Assembly: GCA_030650025.1 (NCBI GenBank)
Contig: JAUSEN010000008.1
Coordinates: 1,164 to 65,163, forward strand
Reading direction: 5' to 3'
DNA from: Candidatus Magasanikiibacteriota bacterium
GTDB taxonomy: Bacteria > Patescibacteriota > Patescibacteriia > Magasanikbacterales > GWA2-37-8
DNA: 64,000 bases
Positions 55,790-64,000 of this stretch are shown here, in pieces (position 1 is the first letter of the stretch; every line of letters starts with the position of its first letter). The notes below the pieces were generated by a model. That model had not been told where the DNA came from, searched no databases, and saw only the letters and a list, made by a program, of their open reading frames with translations. The position numbers and the translations under genes are program-made.

Positions 55790-56686
55790 ATGAATTCCCC
55801 AGAAAATCAACTTAAAAAAAGCGGGTTAGTAACATTGGTTGGGCGCTCGAACGTCGGCAAATCCACCCTCTTAAATACCATCATTGGCACCAAAATTGCG
55901 GCCGTTACCGACAAACCTCAAACTACCAGAAACGCTATCCATGGCGTTTTAAACCGGCCTGCCTCGCCGGCAGGCGGGCCAGAAGGCCAGGCAGTTTTTA
56001 TTGACACCCCCGGTGTTTTTAAAAACCACTCTTCTCCGCTTTCTGGCGCTCTCCTCGAGCATGTGCAAGAATCTATTAAACACATTGATTTAATTGTTTA
56101 CGTGGTCGACCCTACTAAACCAATTGGCAGTGAAGAGCGTTATATCATGTCTTTAATACGCAACATCGAAGTTCCCAAAATTTTAGTCATCAACAAAAGC
56201 GATATTCATGAAAAGGAAAAAGAATTTCTAGAAGATTACAAAAGCCTTGGCGATGATTTTGCCGCCGTATTTGAATTGTCGGCTTTGCGCGCCCGCCACA
56301 TTGAACCCTTGATTCAAAAAGTTTTAGAATTACTACCAGTAGGCGAACCACTCTACCCGCCGGATCAACTCACTAATATCGACAAGAACTTCTGGGTGGC
56401 CGAACTAATCCGCGAAAAAATATTTCTAGCCTTGCGCAAAGAAGTGCCATATTCTACGCACGTCGAAGTGGAGAACATTGAAGATAAAACTGATATTTTT
56501 GTCGTCAAAGCGCGCGTTTTAACCTATAACAAAAAATATAAAGAAATGATTATTGGTAAAGGCGGCCGCGCCATTAAAGAAATTGGCATCGCCGCGCGCA
56601 AAGAACTGGAACAAGCTTTAGGTAAAAAAGTATATTTAGAGCTCGAAGTGGAGTATGACCGCCACTGGATCGATCGCGTCGCTTAA
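55790..56686 (+). CDS. era: GTPase Era
   Basis: GRSNVGKST, PQTTR, DTPG, NKSD, EVPY and IIGKGG KH domain. Confidence 0.97.
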   Translation: MNSPENQLKKSGLVTLVGRSNVGKSTLLNTIIGTKIAAVTDKPQTTRNAIHGVLNRPASPAGGPEGQAVFIDTPGVFKNHSSPLSGALLEHVQESIKHIDLIVYVVDPTKPIGSEERYIMSLIRNIEVPKILVINKSDIHEKEKEFLEDYKSLGDDFAAVFELSALRARHIEPLIQKVLELLPVGEPLYPPDQLTNIDKNFWVAELIREKIFLALRKEVPYSTHVEVENIEDKTDIFVVKARVLTYNKKYKEMIIGKGGRAIKEIGIAARKELEQALGKKVYLELEVEYDRHWIDRVA

Positions 56687-56733
56687 AAATTATTAAAAAC
56701 AGCTAAAATTAGCCAAAATATAGCAAATAGGCC

Positions 56734-56762
56734 TTGACAAAAGGCCTTTTTTGTGCTATACT
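56734..56762 (+). promoter_or_regulatory. Consensus sigma70 promoter upstream of the M23 gene
   Basis: TTGACA, 17 nt spacer, TATACT with TG extension. Confidence 0.78.
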
Positions 56763-56883
56763 GTTTAGTTAATTAAGATCAAAAATCGTGCCTAAAAATA
56801 CTTGGCGCGCCTAATGGGTAAGGGGAATTCTCCTCGAACCCTGGGGCGCGTCACGCCTCGTCAACCTGCCATGGAGGTGGCCA

Positions 56884-57615
56884 ATGTACGGAGAACACAG
56901 AAAGGCCGTGAGGCAGTTCTACGTGCTTTGCGCCATCCTCCCGGTGGGAGTGTTGGCCAAGGCAATGTGGGACGCCTACCACGAAGCCCCGGAGCGTGTG
57001 TTTACGTACCATGCTCCGCTCGCGCCCGCGGTCGACCTGCGCGATAAGCAGGCCTGGCCGTGGGCGCCCTTCACGGGCGGCCGGGACTCGGTCCCGGTAG
57101 AGCCGAGGCAGGGAGATCAGGACACCGGCCACGCGCTAGCGCTCCCGGCAGCTGCCCTCGCGGCCCTTCATGCCTGCCCCCTCACTGGGGCGGCCTGCCA
57201 GGTCTCGACCAGGCCAAACCTGCTCGTCGGCGCGGATCGCCCCGGGCGACGCCTTCCAAACGGGGACTGGCTCGCGGGGCACGAGCACAAGGGCATCGAC
57301 CTGCCCGGTGCCGGGAACGACGTCCAGGCCACCTGGCCCGGTGTCGTGGACAGCGTCGTAGAGGACCGGGACGGGTCCTCGGGTCTGATGGTCGTAGTCA
57401 GATCCAACCTTGGAGGCCTGGTGCTGTATCACAAGTACATGCACCTCGCCTCTGTCGCTTCCGGCCTTCGGCCGGGAGTGTCCGTCCGGGTCAGAGAAAA
57501 GCTCGGAGTGTCCGGTGCGAGCGGCGTGAAACAAAGCGCCGCGCACCTGCACTACGAGGTTCGGAGTCAGGCCGAGGGTGGGTCGTTCTACGACCCCACT
57601 CCCCTGATCCACTGA
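56884..57615 (+). CDS. M23 family metallopeptidase (high-GC)
   Basis: N-terminal TM helix, HKGID (HxxxD), YMHL and HLHYEV (HxH). Confidence 0.88.
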   Translation: MYGEHRKAVRQFYVLCAILPVGVLAKAMWDAYHEAPERVFTYHAPLAPAVDLRDKQAWPWAPFTGGRDSVPVEPRQGDQDTGHALALPAAALAALHACPLTGAACQVSTRPNLLVGADRPGRRLPNGDWLAGHEHKGIDLPGAGNDVQATWPGVVDSVVEDRDGSSGLMVVVRSNLGGLVLYHKYMHLASVASGLRPGVSVRVREKLGVSGASGVKQSAAHLHYEVRSQAEGGSFYDPTPLIH

Positions 57616-57677
57616 CCGAGGTGGGCAGAGCGGTCGCCTCAAGCGATCGCTCTGCCCCACCTGTAGTATCATCAAAA

Positions 57678-57716
57678 ACAAAATCCCCTGAGCCTAGTCG
57701 AAGGGGAATTTTTTTA
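57678..57716. terminator. Bidirectional terminator between the M23 and S41 genes
   Basis: aaaatcccct...aggggaatttttt; preceded by a long GC hairpin at 57619-57662. Confidence 0.6.
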
Positions 57717-58979
57717 TTTTAATAATTCTAAAGCTTTTTTGAGAGCCGCGTCTTCCCCGGCCGGCTCGGCATCCAATTTTTCTGTTATCTCAAAATCAGG
57801 CGTAATGCCTTTTTCGTTTATATTATTCCCCGCTGGAGTAAACCACTCGGCCACGGTAATTTTTAAAGCCGAACCATCCGAAAAAGTTTCAAAATCCTGC
57901 ACCGAGCCTTTACCAAAAGTCTTGGCACCCACCACAATCGCGACTTTATTGTCTTGAAGCGCCCCGGCCACGATTTCCGAAGCCGAAGCCGAGCCGCCAT
58001 TGACCAAAACCACGGTTTTAACACCCAGCAAACGATGCTCGCCGCGCGAGATATGCTTGTTCTCCCGGCCAGTGCTGAATTTTTCCGCCACGATTACGTC
58101 GCCTTCAGAAATCCATTCGCCAGCCAAACTCACGGCCGAATCCAGATATCCGCCCGGGTTGCCGCGCAAATCTAAAATGATTTTCTGGCCCTGTTTCTTT
58201 TTAAACTCTTGAATCGCTTTACCAAATTCCGGAACAGTCCGGTCGTTAAACTGCATCACGCGTAGGCGGAGCGCGCCTGGCGCTTCCCACACCATCATCG
58301 TCGCCGGAACATTAATCTTGGCTCTGGTTATTACGTAATCTTGCGCTTTTCCCAAACCATTTCGGCTAATGGTTAGGGTGGTCGTACTGCCCGCCGGACC
58401 CCGGATTAATTGCACCGCCGAAATCACATCCATCCCAAGCGTGATGGTTTTATCAATCGCCAAAATTTTGTCTCCGGGCCGCAAACCCGACCGCTCAGCC
58501 GGTGAACCAGGGAGCGGCGCCACCACGGTTAACTGGTCGTTCTTAAAGCCGATTTCCGCGCCAATGCCTTCAAACTCTCCCGCGAAACTTTTCTGAAATT
58601 CGTCCGCCGCTTTAGGCGGAAAAAATAATGAATACGGGTCGCCGAGAGACCCTACCAATCCCTGAATCGCTCCATAAAACATGTCCACATCTTTTACTTT
58701 GTCTTTTTTAACGTAAGAATCCTTAATTTTGTCCCAAATATCCCAAAATTGGTTAAAATCAGCGGTCTTCGAATTATTTTTAGTCCGGTCAATGTTGACT
58801 AGCGCGGCCATGTCCGTGGTGCTAGAAGCTCCCACTTCTTTTTTTAATTCCGATGTTTTCCCAATTAAAAGGCCAAGCGCAAAAGCGCCGACTACCGCGA
58901 TCAGTGTTAAATAAACTGTGATATAACGCGTGGCTTTAAATTTTGTTGGAGAAATTGGCGCCATAACTGGTTTAATCAT
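57714..58979 (-). CDS. ctpA: S41 carboxyl-terminal processing protease
   Basis: GEFEGIG, PDZ domain, DLRGNPGG, SASASEI and TFGKGSVQ. Confidence 0.93.
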   Translation of the reverse strand: MIKPVMAPISPTKFKATRYITVYLTLIAVVGAFALGLLIGKTSELKKEVGASSTTDMAALVNIDRTKNNSKTADFNQFWDIWDKIKDSYVKKDKVKDVDMFYGAIQGLVGSLGDPYSLFFPPKAADEFQKSFAGEFEGIGAEIGFKNDQLTVVAPLPGSPAERSGLRPGDKILAIDKTITLGMDVISAVQLIRGPAGSTTTLTISRNGLGKAQDYVITRAKINVPATMMVWEAPGALRLRVMQFNDRTVPEFGKAIQEFKKKQGQKIILDLRGNPGGYLDSAVSLAGEWISEGDVIVAEKFSTGRENKHISRGEHRLLGVKTVVLVNGGSASASEIVAGALQDNKVAIVVGAKTFGKGSVQDFETFSDGSALKITVAEWFTPAGNNINEKGITPDFEITEKLDAEPAGEDAALKKALELLK

Positions 58980-60276
58980 TTTTAATTTTTAGGCGCGCGC
59001 CCGCGCTATTCAAGAGAGCGTACAAATTTTCGTATCCGCGGTCAATCTCATAAGGATTGCGCAAAATTGACCGGCCTTTGGCCGCCAGCATGCATAAGAG
59101 CACGTTCACCGCGGGGCGCAGCGCCGGCGGGCAGATCACTTCGTTGGCGACAAACTCCGCCGGCCCTTCCACCCACAAGCGATGCGGGTCGAGTAATGTA
59201 ATTTTAGCTCCCAGTTTCTGAAGCTCAAGCGCGTAAACCGCGCGATTGTCATAGGCCCAATCGTGCACCAGTGTCCGACCGCTGGCGCGCGCCAAGATAG
59301 GAATAAATAAAGGCAAATTATCAATATTTAAACCCGGGAAGGGCCGCCCGTATATTTTATCGGGCAAAGCTTTAAGCGCGCTCGGAATAATTTCGATATC
59401 CACAACTTCAAACCAACCATTCTTGGACAAACGCTTATTTTTTAACTTAAATTTTTGCCCCATGACCGTTAATTTTTCTAATTCCAACTCCAAAAATTCT
59501 AACGGGCAATTAGTAATAGTGAGCCGGGAATTAGTCACAATCGCGGCGGCGAGCAAAGTCATGGACACAATCGGGTCGGGCATGATCGGATAACCACTAA
59601 CGCTTTTTAATTTCGAAACACCTTCGATTATCAGAGTGGCGGTGCCGATTCCAGAAATTTTCGCTCCCGCCGCTACCAAAAAATGGCACAAATCCTGCAC
59701 CATGTAATTGGCCGAAACCATTTTAAGAGTGGTGACTCCCTGGGCCAGAGCCGCCGCCATAATCACGTTTTCCGTGGTGGTATCTCCGGACTCATACATC
59801 ACAATTTTCGCGCCGCGCAACTTGTTGTTCACTGCTTCGTAAAATGTTTCCGTGGAAGTTATATTAACGCCCAATTTTTTAAGAGCGTAAATATGCGGGC
59901 GCACCGTGCGCGTGCCAAGCCTACAGCCGCCCGATTTATAAAGACGAAATTTTTTAACCCGGCCAGCGAGCGCCCCCCAGAGTAGCAGAGACGCCCTGGT
60001 ATTAATCGAAGCGTGCTTATCCAGCTTAGCAGGATTAATTTTTTTAGAAGCATTAACCAGAAGACGGCCTTGGCCTTGCCATTTCACTTCTACTCCCAAA
60101 CTTTTAATAAGATCAATAATTCGTTTAACTTCCTCAATATTCGGCACGTTTTTTAGGGTTGTGACGCCCTGAATGGCCGTGGCCGCGCACAAAATAGCCA
60201 GCGCCGAATTTTTAGTGGGCTGGGTCGCGATTTGGCCATGGAGCTTCCGGCCGCCCTGAATTTCTAAATAGGCCAT
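58972..60276 (-). CDS. murA: UDP-N-acetylglucosamine 1-carboxyvinyltransferase
   Basis: KNS.L, GGC.LG.R, P.PG..D and IDRGYE. Confidence 0.93.
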   Translation of the reverse strand: MAYLEIQGGRKLHGQIATQPTKNSALAILCAATAIQGVTTLKNVPNIEEVKRIIDLIKSLGVEVKWQGQGRLLVNASKKINPAKLDKHASINTRASLLLWGALAGRVKKFRLYKSGGCRLGTRTVRPHIYALKKLGVNITSTETFYEAVNNKLRGAKIVMYESGDTTTENVIMAAALAQGVTTLKMVSANYMVQDLCHFLVAAGAKISGIGTATLIIEGVSKLKSVSGYPIMPDPIVSMTLLAAAIVTNSRLTITNCPLEFLELELEKLTVMGQKFKLKNKRLSKNGWFEVVDIEIIPSALKALPDKIYGRPFPGLNIDNLPLFIPILARASGRTLVHDWAYDNRAVYALELQKLGAKITLLDPHRLWVEGPAEFVANEVICPPALRPAVNVLLCMLAAKGRSILRNPYEIDRGYENLYALLNSAGARLKIKND

Positions 60277-60354
60277 AATTTTGACTTTACGATTTTTAGA
60301 GTGTAGTATTAATTATACTGTTTTCACGCCCTCCTGACAAGCCTGCCTGCTATT

Positions 60355-61722
60355 ATGGAATACCCTGGATCTCATTTTAGAAGAGGCTACCGCCTCGCCC
60401 TCTTAGCGGTGGCTATTTTGATTTTTTTTGGACTTTTGCCATTCGTTATTCTTTACAGCGCCGGCTATCGCTTGAATCTAAAGAGCGGTTGGCTGCGCGC
60501 CGCCGGGGGCCTAAGCTTTGACGCCATCAAACCAAATAATACCGAGGTTTTTTTAAACGAGATTAAAATTCAGGACACGTTCCCCATCCGCTTAAAAAAC
60601 ATTACGCCGCGCGCTTATTCCTTGCGCCTTTTTGCTCCCGGCTACCATAGTTTTGAAAAACTAATTGCGGTGCGCGACCAAACCACTGTTTATATTAAAG
60701 AAATCAACTTAATAAAACAAGCTGAACCAAAACTAATCTTCAGTGGCGACTTGGCTTATTTGACTGGCTCGGCCGATGGTAAGTGGCTAGCTTACGTGGA
60801 CAATTCCTCTCGGACTAGCTCCAAACTAATGCTCGCTAATGCCGCTGACCGAACCGCGCGGCTACTTTATAAACTGCCTAAAAAAATTGAAATCAAACTT
60901 AGCTGGTCTAAAGCCCACTCCGCTCTCGCCCTGGCGACCGGCACTCTCCCTTACAAAAACTTAACAATCGTGAGCGCCGCTCCGAGCGGCTCGCCCTTTA
61001 ATCTGGGTGCGTTAGTAGGGGCGCCCGTTGAAAAATTTGCCTGGAACGACGAGCTAAATCCGGCGTTGTATATCGCCACTGCCAAAAATTTATTCTTTTT
61101 TTCTCTCTCCACCAAACAACTTATCAAAATCGGCCCGAAAAATTTTGGCGACTGGTACGTGGCCGAAACAAAACTTTGGACTGTCAACGAAATTTTTACT
61201 ACCAGCACCGGAAAAAAAATCATCCTCACCAAAGATGCTCTAGGGTTTAGTTCTCAAATTGCGCTACCCGAGAACGACCCGAGCAGTGGCCTTAAGTCTT
61301 GGCGGTTTTTAGACGCGAATGGCGATACCGCCTTGGTGCGAGCTACCTCCAGCAACTTCGCCTGGATAGTAAACCACCGTGGCGCGAGCCGGCTCGATGC
61401 ATTGTTCGCCACCCGCTCTCGGTTTAATAATCATTCTATCCTCTGGAGCCCTTCTGAAGCTTGGCTTTACGCGCCTGGCACCCCACCCATGCTTTTAAGC
61501 CGCACCGGCGACAGACTCCTAGATCTTTATTTTTTAGATAAATTTGATACTCTCGCTCTAATGTGGGATAATAAGATTTCTATTTTTTTCCCGAGCTACC
61601 TAGTAGCCACCGACATCGCGATTGGCCAATTTACCGGCCTCACGCCCGACTTAAATAATAAAATTTTATACTTCACCGGCACCATCAATAATCAAACCGG
61701 ACTCTGGTCGCTAGCTTATTAA
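60355..61722 (+). CDS. PEGA-domain / beta-propeller membrane-anchored protein
   Basis: TM helix, Y..GYR....GG, P..Y.L....GY, then beta-rich repeats. Confidence 0.7.
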   Translation: MEYPGSHFRRGYRLALLAVAILIFFGLLPFVILYSAGYRLNLKSGWLRAAGGLSFDAIKPNNTEVFLNEIKIQDTFPIRLKNITPRAYSLRLFAPGYHSFEKLIAVRDQTTVYIKEINLIKQAEPKLIFSGDLAYLTGSADGKWLAYVDNSSRTSSKLMLANAADRTARLLYKLPKKIEIKLSWSKAHSALALATGTLPYKNLTIVSAAPSGSPFNLGALVGAPVEKFAWNDELNPALYIATAKNLFFFSLSTKQLIKIGPKNFGDWYVAETKLWTVNEIFTTSTGKKIILTKDALGFSSQIALPENDPSSGLKSWRFLDANGDTALVRATSSNFAWIVNHRGASRLDALFATRSRFNNHSILWSPSEAWLYAPGTPPMLLSRTGDRLLDLYFLDKFDTLALMWDNKISIFFPSYLVATDIAIGQFTGLTPDLNNKILYFTGTINNQTGLWSLAY

Positions 61723-61728
61723 TTATTT

Positions 61729-62133
61729 ATGAAGTTGACAACTTTCACGGACGGCGGCGCCCGCGGCAACCCCGGGCCAGCCGCTCTCGGCGTCGTTATT
61801 AAAAATGAATCTGGCGTCATTCTCTCCGCCTATGGCGAATATTTGGGCTCCCAAACTAATAACTTTGCCGAATATAGCGCTCTGCTCTCGGCCTTAAACC
61901 GGGCGCACCAGCTGGGCGCTACCGAGGTGGCTTGCGTATTGGACAGCGAACTCATCGTCAAGCAAATGAACAGAATATACAAAGTAAAAGAACCCACGCT
62001 CCAAAAATTATTTATTCAGGTTTATAACGCCGCCGCCAAATTTAAACGCGTCTCTTATCGCCATATATTGCGCGCCGGTAATTACGAAGCCGACGCTGAA
62101 GTCAACAAAGCTATCGATAATCATGTAAAATAA
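61729..62133 (+). CDS. rnhA: Ribonuclease HI
   Basis: TDGGARGNPG, TNN.AEY, DSEL and N.EAD. Confidence 0.93.
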   Translation: MKLTTFTDGGARGNPGPAALGVVIKNESGVILSAYGEYLGSQTNNFAEYSALLSALNRAHQLGATEVACVLDSELIVKQMNRIYKVKEPTLQKLFIQVYNAAAKFKRVSYRHILRAGNYEADAEVNKAIDNHVK

Positions 62134-62166
62134 ATATAGGGGCGGGGTTACCCCGCCCCTATATTT
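62132..62166. repeat. REP-like palindrome / bidirectional terminator
   Basis: aaatataggggcggggttaccccgcccctatattt. Confidence 0.8.
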
Positions 62167-62176
62167 ATTTTAAAAA

Positions 62177-63325
62177 TTATTTTATAGCCTCTTTCAGGGC
62201 GTCCACTTTATCTACCCGCTCCCACGGGAATTCGATCCTGCCAAAATGCCCATAAGCCGCCGCGGCGCGGTAAATGGGGCGAAGCAAATCAAGATACTCT
62301 ATAATTTTACCAGGCCGAAAATCAAATGTCTTTTTAATGACTTCAATTAATTTTTCGTCGCTGACCTTTCCAGTTCCATAGGTATTGACATTAATACTGG
62401 TCGGTTCCGCGCGGCCGATCACATAGGCAACTTGCAGTTCACAGCGCTCCGCGAGGCCCGCCGCCACAATATTTTTGGCAACATAACGGGCCATATAAGC
62501 GCCCGAACGATCTACTTTGGAAGGGTCCTTGCCCGAGAAGCACCCGCCGCCATGCCGCCCCATGCCGCCATAAGTATCCACGATTATTTTACGGCCGGTT
62601 AAACCCGTGTCCCCTTGCGGCCCTCCTACCACAAATTTGCCGGTCATATTAACGAAAAATTGCGTGTCTTTATCAATATATTTCGCGCAAATTGGTTCAA
62701 TAACTTGCGAAATTATATCTTGGCGGAGTGTTTCCAATTCAACGTTATCGTCATGTTGAGCCGCTACTACCACGTTTTGGAGTCGCGTGGGTTTGCCATT
62801 CACATATTCGACAGCGACTTGGGTTTTACCGTCCGGGCGTAAATACGCTAATTGATCGGTTTTACGCACCACTGCCAAGCGCTCGGCCAGATGATGCGCG
62901 AGCATTATCGGAAGCGGCATCAATTCCGGTGTTTCCGTGCAAGCATAACCAAACATCAGGCCCTGGTCTCCCGCGCCCTGTGTTTCGAGGCCGGCGCGAT
63001 TAACGCCTTGAGCAATATCCGGCGATTGTTCGTGAATAGAAACTAAAATCCCCGCGTGATCAGCGTCTATGCCATACGCTGGGTCAGTATAACCAATATC
63101 TTGTAAGACGCCGCGCGAAATTTTCTGCACATCAACATAGCCTTTAGTTGTGACTTCTCCGCCCACAATCAGAAGGCCCGTAGTAGTAAAGCATTCCACC
63201 GCGACATGCGAATTAGGGTCCTGCTCGAGCAACGCGTCCAAAACCGCGTCCGAAATTTGATCGCAAATTTTATCCGGGTGCCCCTCGGTTACCGACTCTG
63301 AAGTAAATACAAAGTTCTCTGCCAT
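62177..63325 (-). CDS. metK: S-adenosylmethionine synthetase
   Basis: [19 protein letters not shown] and GGG.FSGKD; start is the ATG at 63325. Confidence 0.98.
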   Translation of the reverse strand: MAENFVFTSESVTEGHPDKICDQISDAVLDALLEQDPNSHVAVECFTTTGLLIVGGEVTTKGYVDVQKISRGVLQDIGYTDPAYGIDADHAGILVSIHEQSPDIAQGVNRAGLETQGAGDQGLMFGYACTETPELMPLPIMLAHHLAERLAVVRKTDQLAYLRPDGKTQVAVEYVNGKPTRLQNVVVAAQHDDNVELETLRQDIISQVIEPICAKYIDKDTQFFVNMTGKFVVGGPQGDTGLTGRKIIVDTYGGMGRHGGGCFSGKDPSKVDRSGAYMARYVAKNIVAAGLAERCELQVAYVIGRAEPTSINVNTYGTGKVSDEKLIEVIKKTFDFRPGKIIEYLDLLRPIYRAAAAYGHFGRIEFPWERVDKVDALKEAIK

Positions 63326-63355
63326 ATGATATAAATACTTTAATTGATTTATACA

Positions 63356-63456
63356 GAAGATAGACTTGTCCGCCGACGAGGCGGAAGAAAGTTGTTGATT
63401 AGTAATCATTCTATCGACCAAGAACGATAAACCAGCCAACAACCAGCACCATCTTC
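63356..63456 (-). ncRNA. Structured leader candidate upstream of metK
   Basis: Three-stem junction closed by GAAGATGG/CTATCTTC. Confidence 0.45.
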
Positions 63457-63472
63457 GCTTAATTAAATTTAT

Positions 63473-64000
63473 TTAATAAAACAATTTAACGCCAATATCA
63501 TACAGGCTTACGCCTAAAACCGCAAGATATGTTATTAACACCACTCCGGTAAAAAATATGGCGTGCGGCAGGCGAAAATACTTAGGCTTGATATCGCCTT
63601 GTAATCTGGCCTTATAAAAAACCAAGGCCATAATAATATTTTCGGTCGCTATAAAAATGCCGCCCACTACTTCTAAAATAAGAATAAACGAGCGCAACCC
63701 CAAAACAAACAGTCCAATTGGCACCACTGCCACCAAAAATGCCGCCGTTAATTTTTTTATTTTATAATCCCAAATAAACGTTTCCTTAAGAGCGGTGCCG
63801 ACGCCCATATAGGCTGTGCTCATGGCCAAAATCGCAAAAATATTAGCAAAGAGTAGCATGCCAGCGCCAAATTTATTGCCTAGAGCCACCGTGGCCACTT
63901 CAGTAACAGTATCGCCGAGCACCCCGACTACCGCTACCGCGAATAAAATATAAACCAAAGTAGAGAGTAATGTCCCGATAATCAGAGCGCGCCGAAAACG
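63473..64000 (-). CDS. Amino acid permease (aromatic/HAAAP-like), C-terminal part
   Basis: Frame open to the window end; hydrophobic helices with ..TEVAT.AL and LA..T.Y.G..L.E.F..D. Confidence 0.7.
   Translation of the reverse strand, partial: RFRRALIIGTLLSTLVYILFAVAVVGVLGDTVTEVATVALGNKFGAGMLLFANIFAILAMSTAYMGVGTALKETFIWDYKIKKLTAAFLVAVVPIGLFVLGLRSFILILEVVGGIFIATENIIMALVFYKARLQGDIKPKYFRLPHAIFFTGVVLITYLAVLGVSLYDIGVKLFY

Noticed and set aside
56802-57722. Multiple overlapping ORFs in the high-GC region
   Set aside because: Expected from stop-codon scarcity at high GC; only the 56884 frame has protein motifs.
63326-63442. 39-aa N-terminal extension of MetK
   Set aside because: The canonical start [11 protein letters not shown] is at 63325; the upstream region is structured non-coding sequence.

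Overview
Chromosomal segment of a small-genome bacterium using genetic code 11, most likely Patescibacteria/CPR (Parcubacteria/ABY1-like). This is inferred from gene content: short AlaRS, split PEP-utilising enzyme, VirD4/HerA-like ATPase, membrane-anchored Clp ATPase, and AT-rich start contexts without Shine-Dalgarno motifs. Most genes are housekeeping: infA-rpmJ-rpsM-rpsK-rpsD-rpoA-rplQ-rplM-rpsI, alaS, mnmA, dnaB-ybaB-recR, rplU, mraZ-rsmH-ftsL, murJ-lepA-recJ, a glycosylation cluster, pyrG, rplI, era, ctpA, murA, rnhA and metK. Unusual features: (1) at the left edge, a tRNA-Asn is interrupted inside its anticodon (35/36) by an insertion carrying an HNH-like ORF, probably a group I intron with a homing endonuclease, and is preceded by two hairpin-interrupted copies of its own 5' end; (2) several families of short palindromic repeats occur between genes and in-frame inside proteins (six in mnmA; also the PEP-synthase-like gene, the beta-CASP RNase, era and alaS); (3) a covarying double-hairpin element sits at the start codons of rplQ, rpsM and mraZ; (4) unexplained structured ~100-nt RNAs lie between infA and rpmJ and in the metK leader; (5) a TrmB + HD + split Rph/PEP-synthase-like kinase module; (6) an RpoA with no alpha-CTD; (7) a high-GC M23 peptidase gene. 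All calls come from reading motifs by eye; no database searches were run.
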